From Takakia lepidozioides (Eukaryota; Plantae; Bryophyta): a stretch of 64,000 nucleotides of DNA. How positions within the stretch are numbered: position 1 is the stretch's first letter; the number at the start of each line of letters is the position of its first letter. The notes beneath the pieces were generated by a model. The model did no database searches. It saw nothing but the letters and a program-made list of their open reading frames with translations, and was not told where the DNA came from. Of the stretch, positions 50,430-63,602 are shown piece after piece. Location: contig CM060734.1 of assembly GCA_030704615.1 (NCBI GenBank), positions 21,700,001-21,764,000 on the forward strand, given 5' to 3'. Made by a program: the position numbers and the translations under genes.

Positions 50430-51650
50430 GCCCGTCATCCATCCTTCTCAGGATGAAAAACATCCGCCAGTCTGTCGGTCCGACGGACGTCGTCCGTTTC
50501 TCATTCGTGGAAGATGAAAGACATTGTGCTTTCATCCTGTCTTGCACTTCAACGGATGTAGTCCGTATTTTATCTAGGTTAGATGAAAAACATGGGGGAT
50601 TTTATATATTAAAAAAAAATGTTTTGCCCTGTATTTAGGTCATGTCAGATGAAGTCCTTTTTTCATCCAGGTTGGATTGAAAAAGTAGAAACTGACGGGA
50701 ATTTCACAGTTTTTTACTGAAGAAATATTTCACTAAAAATATAATTTTTTAATTTTTTTTAAAAAATTGGATAAAGAACATCCAAAATTCCCTGCAACCC
50801 AATTTGGCAATTTTTTTCAATTTCCTCAAGGATGGAAGTCGGGACAAACATTCCATAAGCCCACTGTCCAGAGGGGGAGAGAGTGAGAGAGAGGGAGAGA
50901 TAGAGGGAGTGCGAGGGAGAGATCAGGAAACCCAAAAAAAAAAAAAAAAAAGTGGGGTGGGGGGGGGGTTGACTGAGCAGCTGTTGCTCAGCAACTGCAG
51001 CTGCTCAGTCCCCGCCCCCCCCACATTCTTTTTTTCTTTGTTGCCCCCTCTCTCCCTCTGTCTCCCTCTCTACTGGGAATTGGCAGTTTGCTATCAGTGT
51101 TGACTTCTTGTTTTCTCATCCTCTATTAGGTTTTTTCATCCATACCGGATGAGCCACCAGGATGGACAATGAATTACCTTTAGGATGGTTCTTTTGGCCT
51201 TTTCATTCCTCCTTTATTGACTCTAATCCATACCGGATGAGTCACCATGGAAGAAAAGAATTACCTCTATGGAGGTTGCCAACAACATCTTGTTTTTCCA
51301 TCCGTACCGGATGAAAAACTACCAGGGTGATAATTTTTCATCCTCTTCTATTGACTCTTTTTATCCATACCGGATGGTCTGGTGAGGAATGATAGAATTA
51401 CCTAGATGGAGGTAAGACGCTGCCACGGATGATATTCCCTACTTTTTCATCCTGACACAAGTGATCTGTCTATGGATGATGTGATTATAGTCTGGAATTG
51501 ACCCCTAATTATGATTAATTACGGTGGAAACCCTAACCCCTACCCCAAAACCTATTTTTAACCCTGCTACGGATGAGATCCGTCAGGGTATACGGATGCG
51601 TCCTACTATTTTTCATCCACGGATGAATAATCGGGGGACAACCCTATGTC
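50430..51650. repeat. Clusters of TTTCATCC/GGATGA motifs (DNA-transposon subterminal-repeat-like)
   Basis: Dense CATCC/GGATG motifs at 50430-50680 and 51130-51630. The same motifs occur at the start of each array unit (e.g. 30405-30580). Confidence 0.6.
50866..51055 (-). repeat. Right copy of the inverted repeat bracketing the array
   Basis: See 30081-30250. Confidence 0.8.
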
Positions 51651-53143
51651 ATCTCTCTCGCTGTCAGAAGCACGCGATGTGCTTCTGAGCTCGCGAGGAG
51701 AGTGTTATGGCGGACGTGCTTCGGTGGCTGCCCCGTTTGTGGTGTCGTACCCATGCTGGACGAGCGCCTTGTCTCTCTTGCAGCGGGAAACACCGCTATG
51801 AATGCAGTGGCATCTTCCCTCCTTTGGCTTTTTCTGTGCTTAGCAAGGATGCTTATGATGGGAAGTTCTCTCCCTCCTTTCTAGTGCCTTGCGATTGTGC
51901 CTGCTTTGCTTCATTGCTTATGTGCTTTGTGGAGGCGGCTTGCTGCGGGTGGTGATGGCGCATAACCCTCTTCCCCAATCGCTTAAGGTGCCTTTGGAGT
52001 TTAGGGTTCTCATGTTCTTATCTCTTTCTCTTGCTTTTGAGTTTCTTAGTTGACATCGATGACAGGTGTGAGGGTCTGTGATTCACCTGGGGTTCCACAA
52101 TCCTCACTAACCTGTTGGTTTTGTGGGGGCTTGTGATGGGACCAGGTGAGGATTCTCACCTACTTTGAAGTTTCTTGAGCGTGCAGATTGGGATATGGGC
52201 TGAGGAGACCTAGGGGTTTGTGCGCTGTGAGGTGGCTGTTGCCTGCAGCCCCGATTTCAACCCGACTGCCCCTAGCTTGACATGCTACAGCCTGCGTTCT
52301 GGCCTTTGTCGTTCTGCCGCCGATGCGCAACTTGGCCTGACTGGCCTGTTTCCTGAGGCTTGCATACAAACCATACCCTACCTTTTGATCTTTGACAGCA
52401 AAGCCTGTGGATTATTAAGCTAGGTTGTAAGTTCTTTTGGCCAAAGAGGATCTGGTTTTTGGTGGTATGTTTTTGGCGGTTTTGGGTATCTATGGACCTG
52501 GTGGCCTTGAAGTTTAAGGCGGCAGCCTGGTAGGGTACTGCCCTGCTCCTTTTCAGGCCTACATCTGATGTGTCCTGGATCGTAGTAAGGTGTTCTTTAC
52601 ATGTCTTAGCATGGAACTCTTGAAGGATGAGGATGGTAAGCTGCAATGGGATCCTACCTATAGTTTTGGATCTATCATGACATCAGGCCTATGACCTGCA
52701 ATCTGGTTTTTTATATACAAAAGAGGCTGGATCTCAGCTGTTCATGCTGCTTGTTGGTACAAGTTTTGAACCTGCAATTTGACAGGCTGCATTCACATTC
52801 CCTTGATACCTTGTATGATCACATGTCTCGGGGTGAATACAAATGATATGGAATCTACTTCATCTTGCTCAAGTTGGACTGCTTGGTGGCATACTGAGAT
52901 TTGAACAAACTGCAGGCTAGTCCTTATGCCTTGGCTGATGCATGACCTACCATAATTAATGGCTGAAATGGAGGTCGGGGGCTGGAAGCCCGTCGGGAAT
53001 ATCCACAACTACGAGCTCGCATGCAAAGGGTTTCTTCTCCCCGTTCACCCACACTGCCTATTGTCCATATTCATGCTTTCGTCAATGCAAGCATGAATAC
53101 GCATGCTGCATGAATACGTGGTGGAAATATTACATAAAATTAC

Positions 53144-53752
53144 ACTCTTGGTTAGTTAACGCAAGCCTGAACAGTCTGAAACCAGTCCCCTTTCCTACAA
53201 TCTTTCCCCAATCCAAGGAAAATGCAAACCCCAGGTCTCACATCCCATGACTCCCAGGACTCCAGAAAGATTACATAAAATTACAGTCTTGGTCAGGCTT
53301 AACGCAAGCCTGGGTTTCAGACCAGTCCCCTTTCCAAAATACAAAAAAAAACCAAAAAAATAAAATAAAATAAAATAAAATTACTCTTGGTCAAGTTTGC
53401 ATTAACGCAACAGCCTGAACCCTGGTCATCAGGGTTTTTCGTTGTTAAGAAAAAAACAAAAAAAAACCAAAAAAAACAAAACTCTTGGTCAGGCTTGCAT
53501 TAACACAAGCCTGAACCCTGGTCTGAAACCAGTCCCCCTTCCCCCAACACCCCCCCCCCAAAAAAAAAAAAAAAAAAAACTCTTGGTCAGGCTTGCGTTA
53601 ACGCAAGCCTGAACCCTGCTCTGAAACTAGTCCCCTTTCCTACACTTGTGCAAATCCAAGAAAGCCACAATGTGTGCACATAAACGTCTGTGATACTAGG
53701 GTACGTAGTCACATCAAATATTGTAATCAAGCTTGCGTTAATGCAAGCTTGA
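53144..53752. repeat. Array of palindromic repeats, core TCAGGCTTGCGTTAACGCAAGCCTGA
   Basis: Five units of the form CTCTTGGT-palindrome, most followed by ..CCAGTCCCC, at ~53144, 53286, 53383, 53481 and 53579. A lone variant palindrome lies at 53727-53752. The perfect 26-bp palindrome is at 53587-53612. Confidence 0.9.
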
Positions 53753-53869
53753 ATATAGAGTGCAATCGGGTCTAAAAAGAAGCAAATGCAAATGGGAATG
53801 CAGTTCCATTCTAACCTGTAAATGGCTCACTTCATTGCCTGCTCCCCATTGTACTGCGCATTGAACAGG

Positions 53870-54330
53870 TTAGAGGGCAGAATTCCCCCTCTCTACTGTG
53901 AATTCACGGAAGAAGGCATACTTCCAAACAATCTCTTTCCACCTCCGAATGAAAGTGCCGAAAGATTCATCGGGCTTAGCCACCTCGATTTTGAAGTCAT
54001 GAAGAGTTTGCTCGATAACTTCCAAACCCCTCTCCTCCAGCTGCCAAGACACAAGCTTGTGTTATGATGCGTTTACAAACAATTGTAATTTCAATGCAAG
54101 TTATTGCGAGGACAAAGGGATGATGACTTCTGCACCTGGCACCAGAAAGTCACTTTATGGAGCCACTTGTCCCAGTTGACATCGCTGAAAGGCCCAATGA
54201 AATGAAAGTTGTTTGCCTGACGGAGGACAGGGTCAGAGTTCCATATCTTAAGCCATCGCACCTTGACTAGGATCCGAAGCTGTTTGGTGAACGTTGTGAC
54301 AACGTTTTTGCGGCATAGGGCTATTGCTTC
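53870..54330 (-). pseudogene. Degenerate unknown coding fragments divergent from the CACTA transposase
   Basis: Protein-like segments in ORFs 54091-54429 and 53870-54052. No family recognised. Confidence 0.35.
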
Positions 54331-54421
54331 GTTGATTGATGCATGCACACATTGAAAGTTGTTGTTTGCATTTCGCTTATAATAAGTTGTATGGTTGCAA
54401 TGACACATTATATTTGCCCGT

Positions 54422-57400
54422 ATGTTCATTTGTTCGTATCAGGACTTTGTCCATCCCTTCCCGGTGCTTTCTTGGGGGACCCCATCCGAAAACAACCCAA
54501 ATACATTAGGTGGGAGCCGTGGGCGAGACGCCGCCCCCACCGTTGATCAAGTACCGAACGATGATGACGATGACAGTGACATTGATAGCAGCAGTGAGGA
54601 TGGAATTAACCAAGAGGATGTGCAAGCTATGGAGGATCTCTTAATGCATCATATAGATGCTGATGCAACCCATGGAGAAGAAACCAGGCCAATCGTTGAT
54701 CCGGAAATGGGCCCCTCAAATGACATGGAGAGAGAGAGGCGAGAACTCCCTTGTACAAAGGGGCAAATGTGAGTCGACTTTCAACAATCTCACTATTGCT
54801 CAATCTTCAAGTTCGATACCCAAGATGCCACGGTCGCGGAAAGAGGTGCGCAAAGTGTTGGACTCCGTGGGGATGGGCTATAAGATTTTTCATGCATGTC
54901 CATGTGATAAAACCCTATATTACAGAGAAGATTCGCGTCTCACCAAGTGCCCAAAGTGCAAGGAAGACCGATATCGGGATGATGTCCAAGGGAAAAAAAT
55001 ACCACACAATGTATAAGCGTCATTCCCCCTCGCATGGAAATTTTCTTCTTTAATCTTGTCAATGCATGTCAAGTCTGTTCCACAAAGTTTAGGGTTTAGA
55101 GAGTAGTACTCATGCAAGATCTGATTGTGGCTTTGGAAGGAGTGAGTAATACTAGCGACGTTCGGTTTTGACCATTCACGCCCAAATGAGGGAGAGGCTG
55201 TATAAAGGGAAAGACATAAGGGTGTTGTATTATGTGTCATAATGGGATGATTATATGTGGGGGACGTGGGGTATTTCATCCTAGAAAATGCATTACTTTC
55301 CATTCATCCCGCGATTGAAGGCACACTACCGAAGCCCGGAGTTGGCAACACTGATGAGACGGCACGCTTCGCATCGGAGCCCCCCGGGAAAGGTGTGCGG
55401 GCCACAAGGTTCACAAGCATGGAGGCATACTGAAGAGATGTGGCCTTTTCTCTCAGAGGACCCACGACATGTCCGCCTCGGCTTCTCCTCGGATGGGGTC
55501 AACCCATACTCTGTCCAGTCATGTAGTCATTCCACTTGGCCGGTGACCTTGGTGAATTACAACATCCCTCCGTATCTTTCAATAAAAAAAATGCCATATC
55601 ATGTTGGCTGCCATTGTACCAAGGGAGTGTTCCCATTTCATGCTTATTATTCCCTTGGACTTTACATTAATCGTATAATCTCTGGCGCAATTCGGATGCA
55701 AGATTGATGAGTGACATAATCATGGAGTAAGACGTGTAATTCATTATGTAGTATAATTTGCATATTGGTGGAGCATTGAAACAATGATGTGAATGCCTCA
55801 TAGGGAAAAAACAAGTGGCAAACATGGACACGTACTTGCGACCTCTGGTTGATGAACTTAATGAGCTATGGAGGGGGTCCCGGCATTGGATGCTTCACTT
55901 GACCCAATGGCCGGACAATCTTTTCAAATGAGAGGCATATTGCTTTGGACAGTGCATGATTATCAGGTATATTATGTTCCCCATAAATCAAGGCCGGATA
56001 GTCTTGTCAAGGCGACAATCTTGTGCACCGCAGTGGGGTAGATGGCACTATGGGCCATTCACATGAGAACTTCTTGTCTTGGCTAATGTAGCGGGATGTG
56101 TACAGGACTAACTGTTTGCTCGGGGTTAAGCACCAAAGGGTACCATGCGTGCTTGCATTGTGGCGATGATCTTGATGCACATAGCTCCCGCCATCTTCGC
56201 AAGATGGTGTATCCCAACTACCGCAAGTTTCTTCCTATGAGCCATCGATGGAGAAGAAGAGAGAAACATTTGTTTGATGGCAAAGAGGAGGTACGTCCCC
56301 CCCTGTGATACCATCCAGGCAGTTTTGGGAAGACCGATGGAAGGAGGCCCATGCGGGCACGGTCAGTGAAGTGGACGTGCCCGGCATGAAGCGACTTTCA
56401 ATCTTCTACGAGTTGCCATATTGGGCGGTACGTATTCCACAAAAACACCATCAATATCCATATGCATGCATGTGATATTGCACATTTGGTATGCGTTGCA
56501 TTGTCACTTTCACGTCAAAAAAATTGTGTAAGTATTTGTGGGTGGGGATATATATAGGACCTGAAGATTCGCCATCTTCTAGATCCCATGCATATTGAGA
56601 AGAATGTCTGCTCGTCCTTTTTTCGGGTTCTTCATGGCACGCCGGCAAAGAAGAGAACGGCTGCAAAAGGAGATTCTCTCGGTATTAGAAAGTAGCTTGA
56701 GGAGCAGGGTCGCATGCGCCATCTAGGGCCGAACAAAATGGTGTGGACCCAAAGGGTGTTGTACGGTGGAAGTATAGGTGCGCACCTTGGCAATGGACAA
56801 AGGAGGAATACAAGAATGTGATGTGCTATCCGAACACCAACTGGTTATGGGTCATCTCTCCGTATGAAGTTCAACGAAGACGGGGTCCATGGTTTGAAGT
56901 CTCATGACTACCACAATATTTTGCAAGACATCTTGCCCATTGCAATACGTGGGACATTGACTCCCGAGGTTCGCGAGACAATCTACAGATTGGGAGGCTT
57001 GTTCCGGTGGATTTGCTCCAAAGAGTTGGAGGAAGCGGATTTTCCACGCATGAAGAAGGAGGCGGCGGAGGTAATGTGTATGTTGGAGATGAACCTTCCT
57101 CCCTCCTTCTTTGACATCCAAGTGCACTTGGTAGTGCACTTAGTGGAAGAGGCTTTGATTGTCGGCCCCGTTCATTCTCGGTGGATGTGCTTCCTTGAGC
57201 ATTACATGAAGGGAAAGCATTTGTAAGACAAATGGCACACCCGGAGGGTAGCATGGCGGAGGGGTATACATTGCAAGAAGCTATGTTCTATTGCATGGAG
57301 TACATGGCAAGGGTGGATGAGGAAGCCCCTCGGATGTGGAAGGAAGAGGAGGATGCACGAACCAAGAACATCGTTTTGCCCAAAAAATCGAAGAGGGTAA

Positions 57401-58567
57401 AATTGCCGACCTTGGTTATTGAGCAAGCGCATGACTTCATACTAAAGAACACCCCATCCATACATGAGTGGGAGGCAAGATACAATAACCTTGTTCAACA
57501 ACAAGAGGAGGAGACGCTTGCATAGAGGCGGAACCATCCTTGTCATGCATTTTGATGAAAGACATAAATCATGTAAATAGCTGAATGTGGATCTAGAAAC
57601 TAGCTTACTAGACGCCGTCAACGAGGAGCGGGCCGCCGGAATGTTCCTTCACAAGATTTTCTCGTGGAATTGCAGCCTCTAAGTTCATTCCAATAGTGGC
57701 TCAAGACTTCAGTTTATGACGTCGTTTCTCAAGGTGAGGTGGTTTCAGATATGGTGCAAGACCTTGCAAGGGGCCCCTCTCAATTCGCGACCTCATATAC
57801 AGCGGTTTGGGATCACGGTCATCATTTCCGCATTCGTGCTCTTGACTTGAAGCGCAAAACAACGTTTGATTCTGGCTTGTGTGCCACATATTGGCAAGAC
57901 TCCATGTGGGGCAAGGGAGATACACAACCTGCTATGAGAAAACTTGAGTACATTGGAGAGCTTGAGAGCTATTCCAACTTCAGTATACAAGGTACTGGCC
58001 TCTTCTCTTCAAGGGAAGGTGGTTCCAGCCACATCTTATGGGGCCCTCCGCAACACTAGTGCGAGATGATTGTGGTTTCATGCGCATCAATGCAGACAGA
58101 CTCAACCCTACTCATCGTCCCTCCGATGAGCCTTTTGCATTTCCTTCAGACATGGAGCAAGTTTTCTTCTTTGATGACAAACAAGAGGGGGAAATTGGAA
58201 GGTGGTTGTGCATGCTCAGCCAAGAGGAAGACGTATCTATCATGGTCTCGGATCTCCACGGGGTAAGGCAATTACGGTGGAGGGACGGACTGGTCATAAT
58301 GATGCTGATGATGGAGGTTGGGTAGAGGGGGTAGAAGAGGATGATGACGCCTCGGAGAATGCATCCCGGACCCTATGTGATGAAGCTCCAGAAGATACGG
58401 ATGTTGGACAAGGAGATGAAGACACGACCATTGACAACAAGGTGGAGGATGACTCGGAGGTGCCTTTTGAGGGCCGGACCATTTATGACGATGACTCCAA
58501 TGACCAAGAAGACTTGCAGCTTGATGAGGATAAAGAAGCTCCGGATGATGATGTTCAAGTTGATTAG
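54422..58567 (+). pseudogene. CACTA/EnSpm TnpD-type transposase (Transposase_21, DUF4218, DUF4216-like), intron-containing, decayed
   Basis: IFHACPC..CPKC..RY; YFPFIPRL; DPRHVRLGFSSDGVNPY..STWPV..NYNIPP; GYHACLHC; GLKSHDYH; PPSFFDIQVHLVVHL..GPVHSRWM; HPEGSMAEGY; DEPFAFPS..QVFF. Confidence 0.93.
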
Positions 58568-58683
58568 ACATGTAATCAAAGCTACATAATAATTCTCGCA
58601 CCGAACTGTATCCATCCCTTCAATTTATTGTACATGTATATGCATATTGTAGCTTATTTCTATGATTCATCAATGGTCTTGCA

Positions 58684-58687
<4 letters not shown>

Positions 58688-58738
<51 letters not shown>

Positions 58739-58788
58739 ACAAATCTATTAACAACCAAGAGAGAGAGGGAGAGAGAGAGAGAGAGAGA
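58688..58788. repeat. (TC)n followed by (AG)n microsatellites
   Basis: Directly visible. Confidence 0.9.
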
Positions 58789-58879
58789 TGGAGGGGGACA
58801 AAGAAAGAAAAACAGAGAGGTGGGGGCCCCCCCCTAGAGTCCCATCCCCCGTCCTCACCCCCTCTCCTTGCCCCTTAAC

Positions 58880-59303
58880 TCAAAGAAAAAGACTGCCCCC
58901 CTTGCCACCCCCCGCCATGGCAAGCCAAAAAAACCCGTCGCAATATCCCCTTGCCACGCCCGGCCGTCGCAAAGGCCTTTTCCCCCTTCAAGCCATCTTG
59001 CCACGCCCGAGCGTGGCAAGTGGGGCCGCCCCTTTTGCGACGGCCAGACATGGCAAGAAAGGGCTACCTCTTGCCCTTGAGGCCACCTTGCCACGTCCCG
59101 GCGTCGCAGGATGATCCCGGCGTTGGGGGCGACACCTGGGCGCAGGGTTGCGACGCGGCGGCGTCAGAAGCATCGCCGGGGCGCCGCCGTGCCACGCCTC
59201 GGCGTTGCAAATCGGCGCCGTGGTGCCGGCCTCGCACGCTCAGCGCCGCGCAGGGCGTGGGGGGCGCGGCTGCCGTCACTAACCCCCACTTTTTGCAGTA
59301 GTG
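58880..59303 (-). mobile_element. CACTA right terminus with subterminal repeats
   Basis: ..CCCCCACTTTTTGCAGTAGTG ends at 59303. TTGCCACG and GCGACG repeats upstream. Confidence 0.85.
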
Positions 59304-59777
59304 GCAGCTCTTGTTGGTGTATGAAGGCGAGATGGAGCTGCAGAGGAAGATCCAGAAGGCCTATCGAAAGTATGAGTTGGCGAAGTCCGTGTTGCGGGAC
59401 TTGAGATTAGGGGTTAAGTCGCAGTTCCACTTGCACAATGGACTACTCCGGTACAAGCAAAAATGTTTCTACGTGCCGAAGGGAGGGCTCAAAGATTGTT
59501 TTTTGAGATAATGCCATGATGGCCCGCTTGCCGGCCATGGCGGGGCCAAGCGCACCGCGGCACTCTTGAAGAAAGTGTATTTCTGGCCCAAACTGAGGGA
59601 AGAGGTTAAGGAGTATGTCAAGACATGCACCACATGCCAGCAAAATTGGAGCGAGTACAAAAAGCAAGCAGGGCTGTTACAACCCTTGCCCATTCCAGAG
59701 GGGTCTTGGGAGAGTGTTTCAATAGATCTCATGACGGCTTTGCCGCTGTCAAAGGGATTCGATGCAATCATGGTGGT
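59304..59777 (+). pseudogene. Fragment of another Gypsy pol: integrase zinc finger and start of core
   Basis: CHDGPLAGHGG..VYFWP..VKTCTTCQ..AGLLQPLPIPEGSWESVSIDLMTALP..GFDAIMVV. Confidence 0.85.
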
Positions 59778-60456
59778 CTGCTGCAAATAAACATAGTCAC
59801 CAGGGTTAAATCTCCGAACCCCAGGACGATAGCCCCCACCACGTATGGTAGCATATCTCAACGTATCACGATGTTGTGCAATGGCAAGGTTATCGAAAGC
59901 CATGGGCATGACTTTCTTGAACAACTCCGCGCGCTCATCACAAGCACATGCCCACACGTCCGGATCGTCAAGGTTGAGGACTGTAGTAGCGTCTCTACGA
60001 ATGGATGTAGGCAAATCCGGCTCTCGGCCAAAGAGAAGGAAATATGGTGAGAAAGAGGCAAGTGATGCTTACTTGCTGAACCTGTAGCCCATGGCTAACT
60101 AGGGTAGCTGAAGGTCCCAATCTCCGAGGTGTCCCTTCTGCAAGCCATACTTACGCAAACCCCTCTTAACCGTCTGCACAACTCTCTCTGTTAGGCCATC
60201 AGCCTCGGGATGGTCCCGAGAAGTGGTGTTGTGGTCTATCAAGGCTTTGTCACATAATGCCTGAAACTCCCCCAAGAACTCTCTCCCTTGGTCCGTGAGT
60301 ACCTCAGCTGGAGCACCGAATCAGCTAAGCATACGATCCAAGAATGCATACACAACCCCCTCACTAGCCTTGTCAGGCAATGGAACCAACTCGATCCACT
60401 TGGAGAAGTGTTCCACCATCACCAATACATATTTGTTGTGGCGCATGGTCAGTGGC
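59776..60456 (-). pseudogene. Integrase core fragment of the DNMT/split-repeat Gypsy family
   Basis: Highly similar to 18925-19603 (MRHNKYVLVMVEHFSKWIELVPLP..TDQGREF..RYATIRGGGYRPGVRRFNPGDYVYLQQT). Confidence 0.92.
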
Positions 60457-61530
60457 TGTAGAATAAAACTATAATCAACCCTATAGAAAATGATCAACCA
60501 GTCTAGAGTTTGTTCGATGGGGAAAGCACTATACGACTGCAAAATAATGATGCTTTACTACTCTATTTCTCCTCATTCCCTCTACAGAGAGTTTCTACCA
60601 CTACTTGCCTCAATCTAAAGCAACTAGACCCTTCCAGTTTCAATGATATTCCTTCCATCCTCTATCAACTCTATCCCATTGGCTGAGATCAAATACCATT
60701 GTTCATCTAACTCTCTCCTCCAGTAATCTGCCTGATAGGGCCAATAACTCTCGACACCATCCTTTACTCACGAGCCATAGATTGATTCTCTCTATGTCAC
60801 TACATCGCAGTCTTTTAAAGATATCTATCGACAGACTATTAGTAATCCAGTAATTAATTCTATATGATCTTCTATCCGTTCTTCTCCACACATCACTATC
60901 GATTGCTCTTCACCACCAATCTTGTTTCTTCAGTTGCTCCAGGGACTTTTCCTCATCGTTGCTCTCTGCCATGCAAATGATTTTACTTCACTGTTATACT
61001 CTCCCAATTAATCCAATCGAAGACTTTCTATCTTCATGTCCTTAATCTGCTCCTTTATGAACTTTGGATAACCATCTATCGGACAGCACCACATACCGAT
61101 CCATTTACGTCTCAAATGACGATGTTCATATAGAATTGATAATTCCTTTCTCTAGGCTTTACCCACACTTTCTATTCGAACTAGCTCTGCCTCATTGCAG
61201 GATAAACTCTTAAATATCCAAATCGATTTTTCTCTGGGTAAACCAAGAATTAGTTCCCACTCATAATCTTTATCCTCTCCATTTATGCACATTCTCACTA
61301 TCTCACATAATTGTAATTCTTCAACCACTACATTCAGAATCAGATTCTCATTTCATTATTCCATTCTTCACACAACACAAAGTGAATTGAACTTCTTTTT
61401 TCTCCTTCTTCTCTTCTATTCATTTACAAACACAACATCACAAGAATGCAGTACTAATCTACCATTGAAGAATAAGTCTATCTCCTAACTCCTACTCACT
61501 CTACTCTGCTTCGGTCACGGCTCTCTGGCT
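60457..61530. mobile_element. Truncated LTR related to 23452-23975
   Basis: Begins TGTAGAATAA, an inverted match to the ..TTATTCTACA end at 23975. 61285-61525 is similar to 23462-23715. Confidence 0.65.
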
Positions 61531-62212
61531 CAACTGACACCGTCTGCTTCCTTAAGGTACTGGGGTAGGGTTTTTTTTTTTCCTTTATGGTGCTGGGTTT
61601 TGGGTTTTGGATTATAGGTTTTGGTTTGAAAAAGAAAAACCCTAGGAACCCCAAAAACCATTAAATCCTAAACCAAAAAATAACCCCTTATTTGCCTACT
61701 TTACAAGGCTGAGGGAAGGCGTGTCTTTGCGACGGCCGGGACAGTGTGTCACTGTGATGGGTTTTTTTTATTGTGACGCAGGGGGGTCGCTAGTAAACGC
61801 CCCAATTTAAAAAAAAGGGCGGGGCACCTCTTGCGATGGTCAGGCGTTGCACGCAGGCGCCCTGCCTTCTTTTTTTGCTAAGTGCCTGAAGCACCTCCTC
61901 TTTCCCCCCTCTTTTTCGCGTTCTACTTTGCTCAAGCAGGAGTGGAGAGACTAGGGTTTAGGGTGGAGGAGAAACAAACCTGGTGTGAAGCGCCCGAGCT
62001 GCTTGCAAGGTCAAAAGGAGAATCGAGGCGCCGCCCCAAGCGTTGCGACCTCCACCGCTGCGCAGGTAAGCCGCGCCTCTCCTTGCTCTTTTGCTTTTCA
62101 AAATCGCCCTAAGACCATGTCCTCGCAACTCACCTCTCTCTATCTTCTGTGGTAGAAGCGCCGCGCAGAGGCGGGGAGCAAACGAAGGGGCAGAGACACA
62201 TTTTTTGCGGGG

Positions 62213-62250
<38 letters not shown>

Positions 62251-62532
62251 CGGGGGTTCGCTGCGCCAACGTTGGCAGCAGCGGCTGAGGGCGGTGGCAG
62301 CGGCGACAGCAGCAATGCTTGGATTGAGGTAAGTTCTCATTCCTCCCTCCCGGCCCGTCCTCTCAAGAATGGAGGGACACAGTTGGCAAAACTGTTCCTA
62401 TGATTCAAAACAGCCCTGATGAATTGGAGTATGATTCAAAGGCTTACAACTCTCTCCCAATTCCCTCCAGAACACTCAACTGTCCCTGAGCTGAACTACC
62501 TCCCTCTTGGCCAAAACTTGCAACCCATACGC

Positions 62533-62614
62533 GAGATTGAGGAAGCAATTGAGCATTTAAACGGATATAAAGTTGGTGGTCCTGATGGCATGGTCAACAA
62601 GCTTATGAAGCACA
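62533..62614 (+). pseudogene. Short RT fragment of the same LINE family as 608-4942
   Basis: EIEEAIEHLNGYKVGGPDGMVNKLMKH versus EIVEAIEHLNGYKAGGPDGIVNELIKH. Confidence 0.8.
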
Positions 62615-62949
62615 GGGTGGACAGGTGGTCTATGGCTCCACCTCTGGTCATGTGAGATCAAGGGAAAGATGTGGAGAGTTGTCCATAACTTGTATGCTCA
62701 CACCAAAAGTTGTGTCATTGTTCATGGAGAGAGGGAAGATATTTATGTCATGTCAAGACATGAACAAGACCCAATAGGGTCACTATTAATTAAAGATATA
62801 AACAGCCCAAAACAGGGCACCATCTAACACTTCCATTCTTGTCATAGCCTACCAATTGACATCACCCAATCATTCATGATAAAACAGGGTGGGAGGGCGG
62901 GGTTAATTCATGTGAGGGATATGATAACATGTTGCTGCAGTCATGCAAG

Positions 62950-63602
62950 AGGCAAGGCGTCTGAACCAGCCTGTAATTTTTCCTAGAATCAATACATGCA
63001 TCCTAGCAAGGGTCTTGGAAAAGGCAACAAAGATCATAAATACCCTAGGTCATGCACCAAGCAAAATATCTTGAGCATCTGAATCAGCCTGCCACATTGC
63101 AGATCCAAGACATGTCTTCAAATAAACAATCTTGGGCATGGCAAAACAGGTTGCAACATCCTATCATATCAGTCTTTTTATTACCCAAGACATGCATCAA
63201 GCAAGGCATCTTGGTTAGATGGACCGGCCTACAGTTTTTCAGATTCCAGACATGCAACCAAGTAACTTTCTTGGGCATGACAAGACAGATTGCAGCCTCA
63301 TTCTATATCATTCGTAATTACCCCAAGACATGCATCATGCAAGGCATCTTGGGCAAGTAAGAACAACCTGTCATATTACAGATTCAAGATATGTACACAC
63401 AAGCATCTTGATGGACCAGCCTGCAGTTTTTCAGATTCCAGACATGCAACCAAGTAACCCTCTTGGGCATGACAAGACAGATTGCAGCCTCACTCTATAC
63501 CATTCGTAATTACCCCAAGATATGCATCGTGTAAGGCATCTTGGGTATGTAAGAACAACCTGCCATATTATAGATTTAAGATATGTACACACAAGCATCT
63601 TG
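62950..63602. repeat. Minisatellite, ~192-bp units built from degenerate subunits
   Basis: 63221-63412 is similar to 63413-63602. CAAGACATGCA and CATCTTG motifs recur from ~62950. Confidence 0.85.

Noticed and set aside
53144-53752. CRISPR array
   Set aside because: Spacers are low-complexity A-tracts of irregular length, repeats are degenerate, no cas genes, eukaryotic context.
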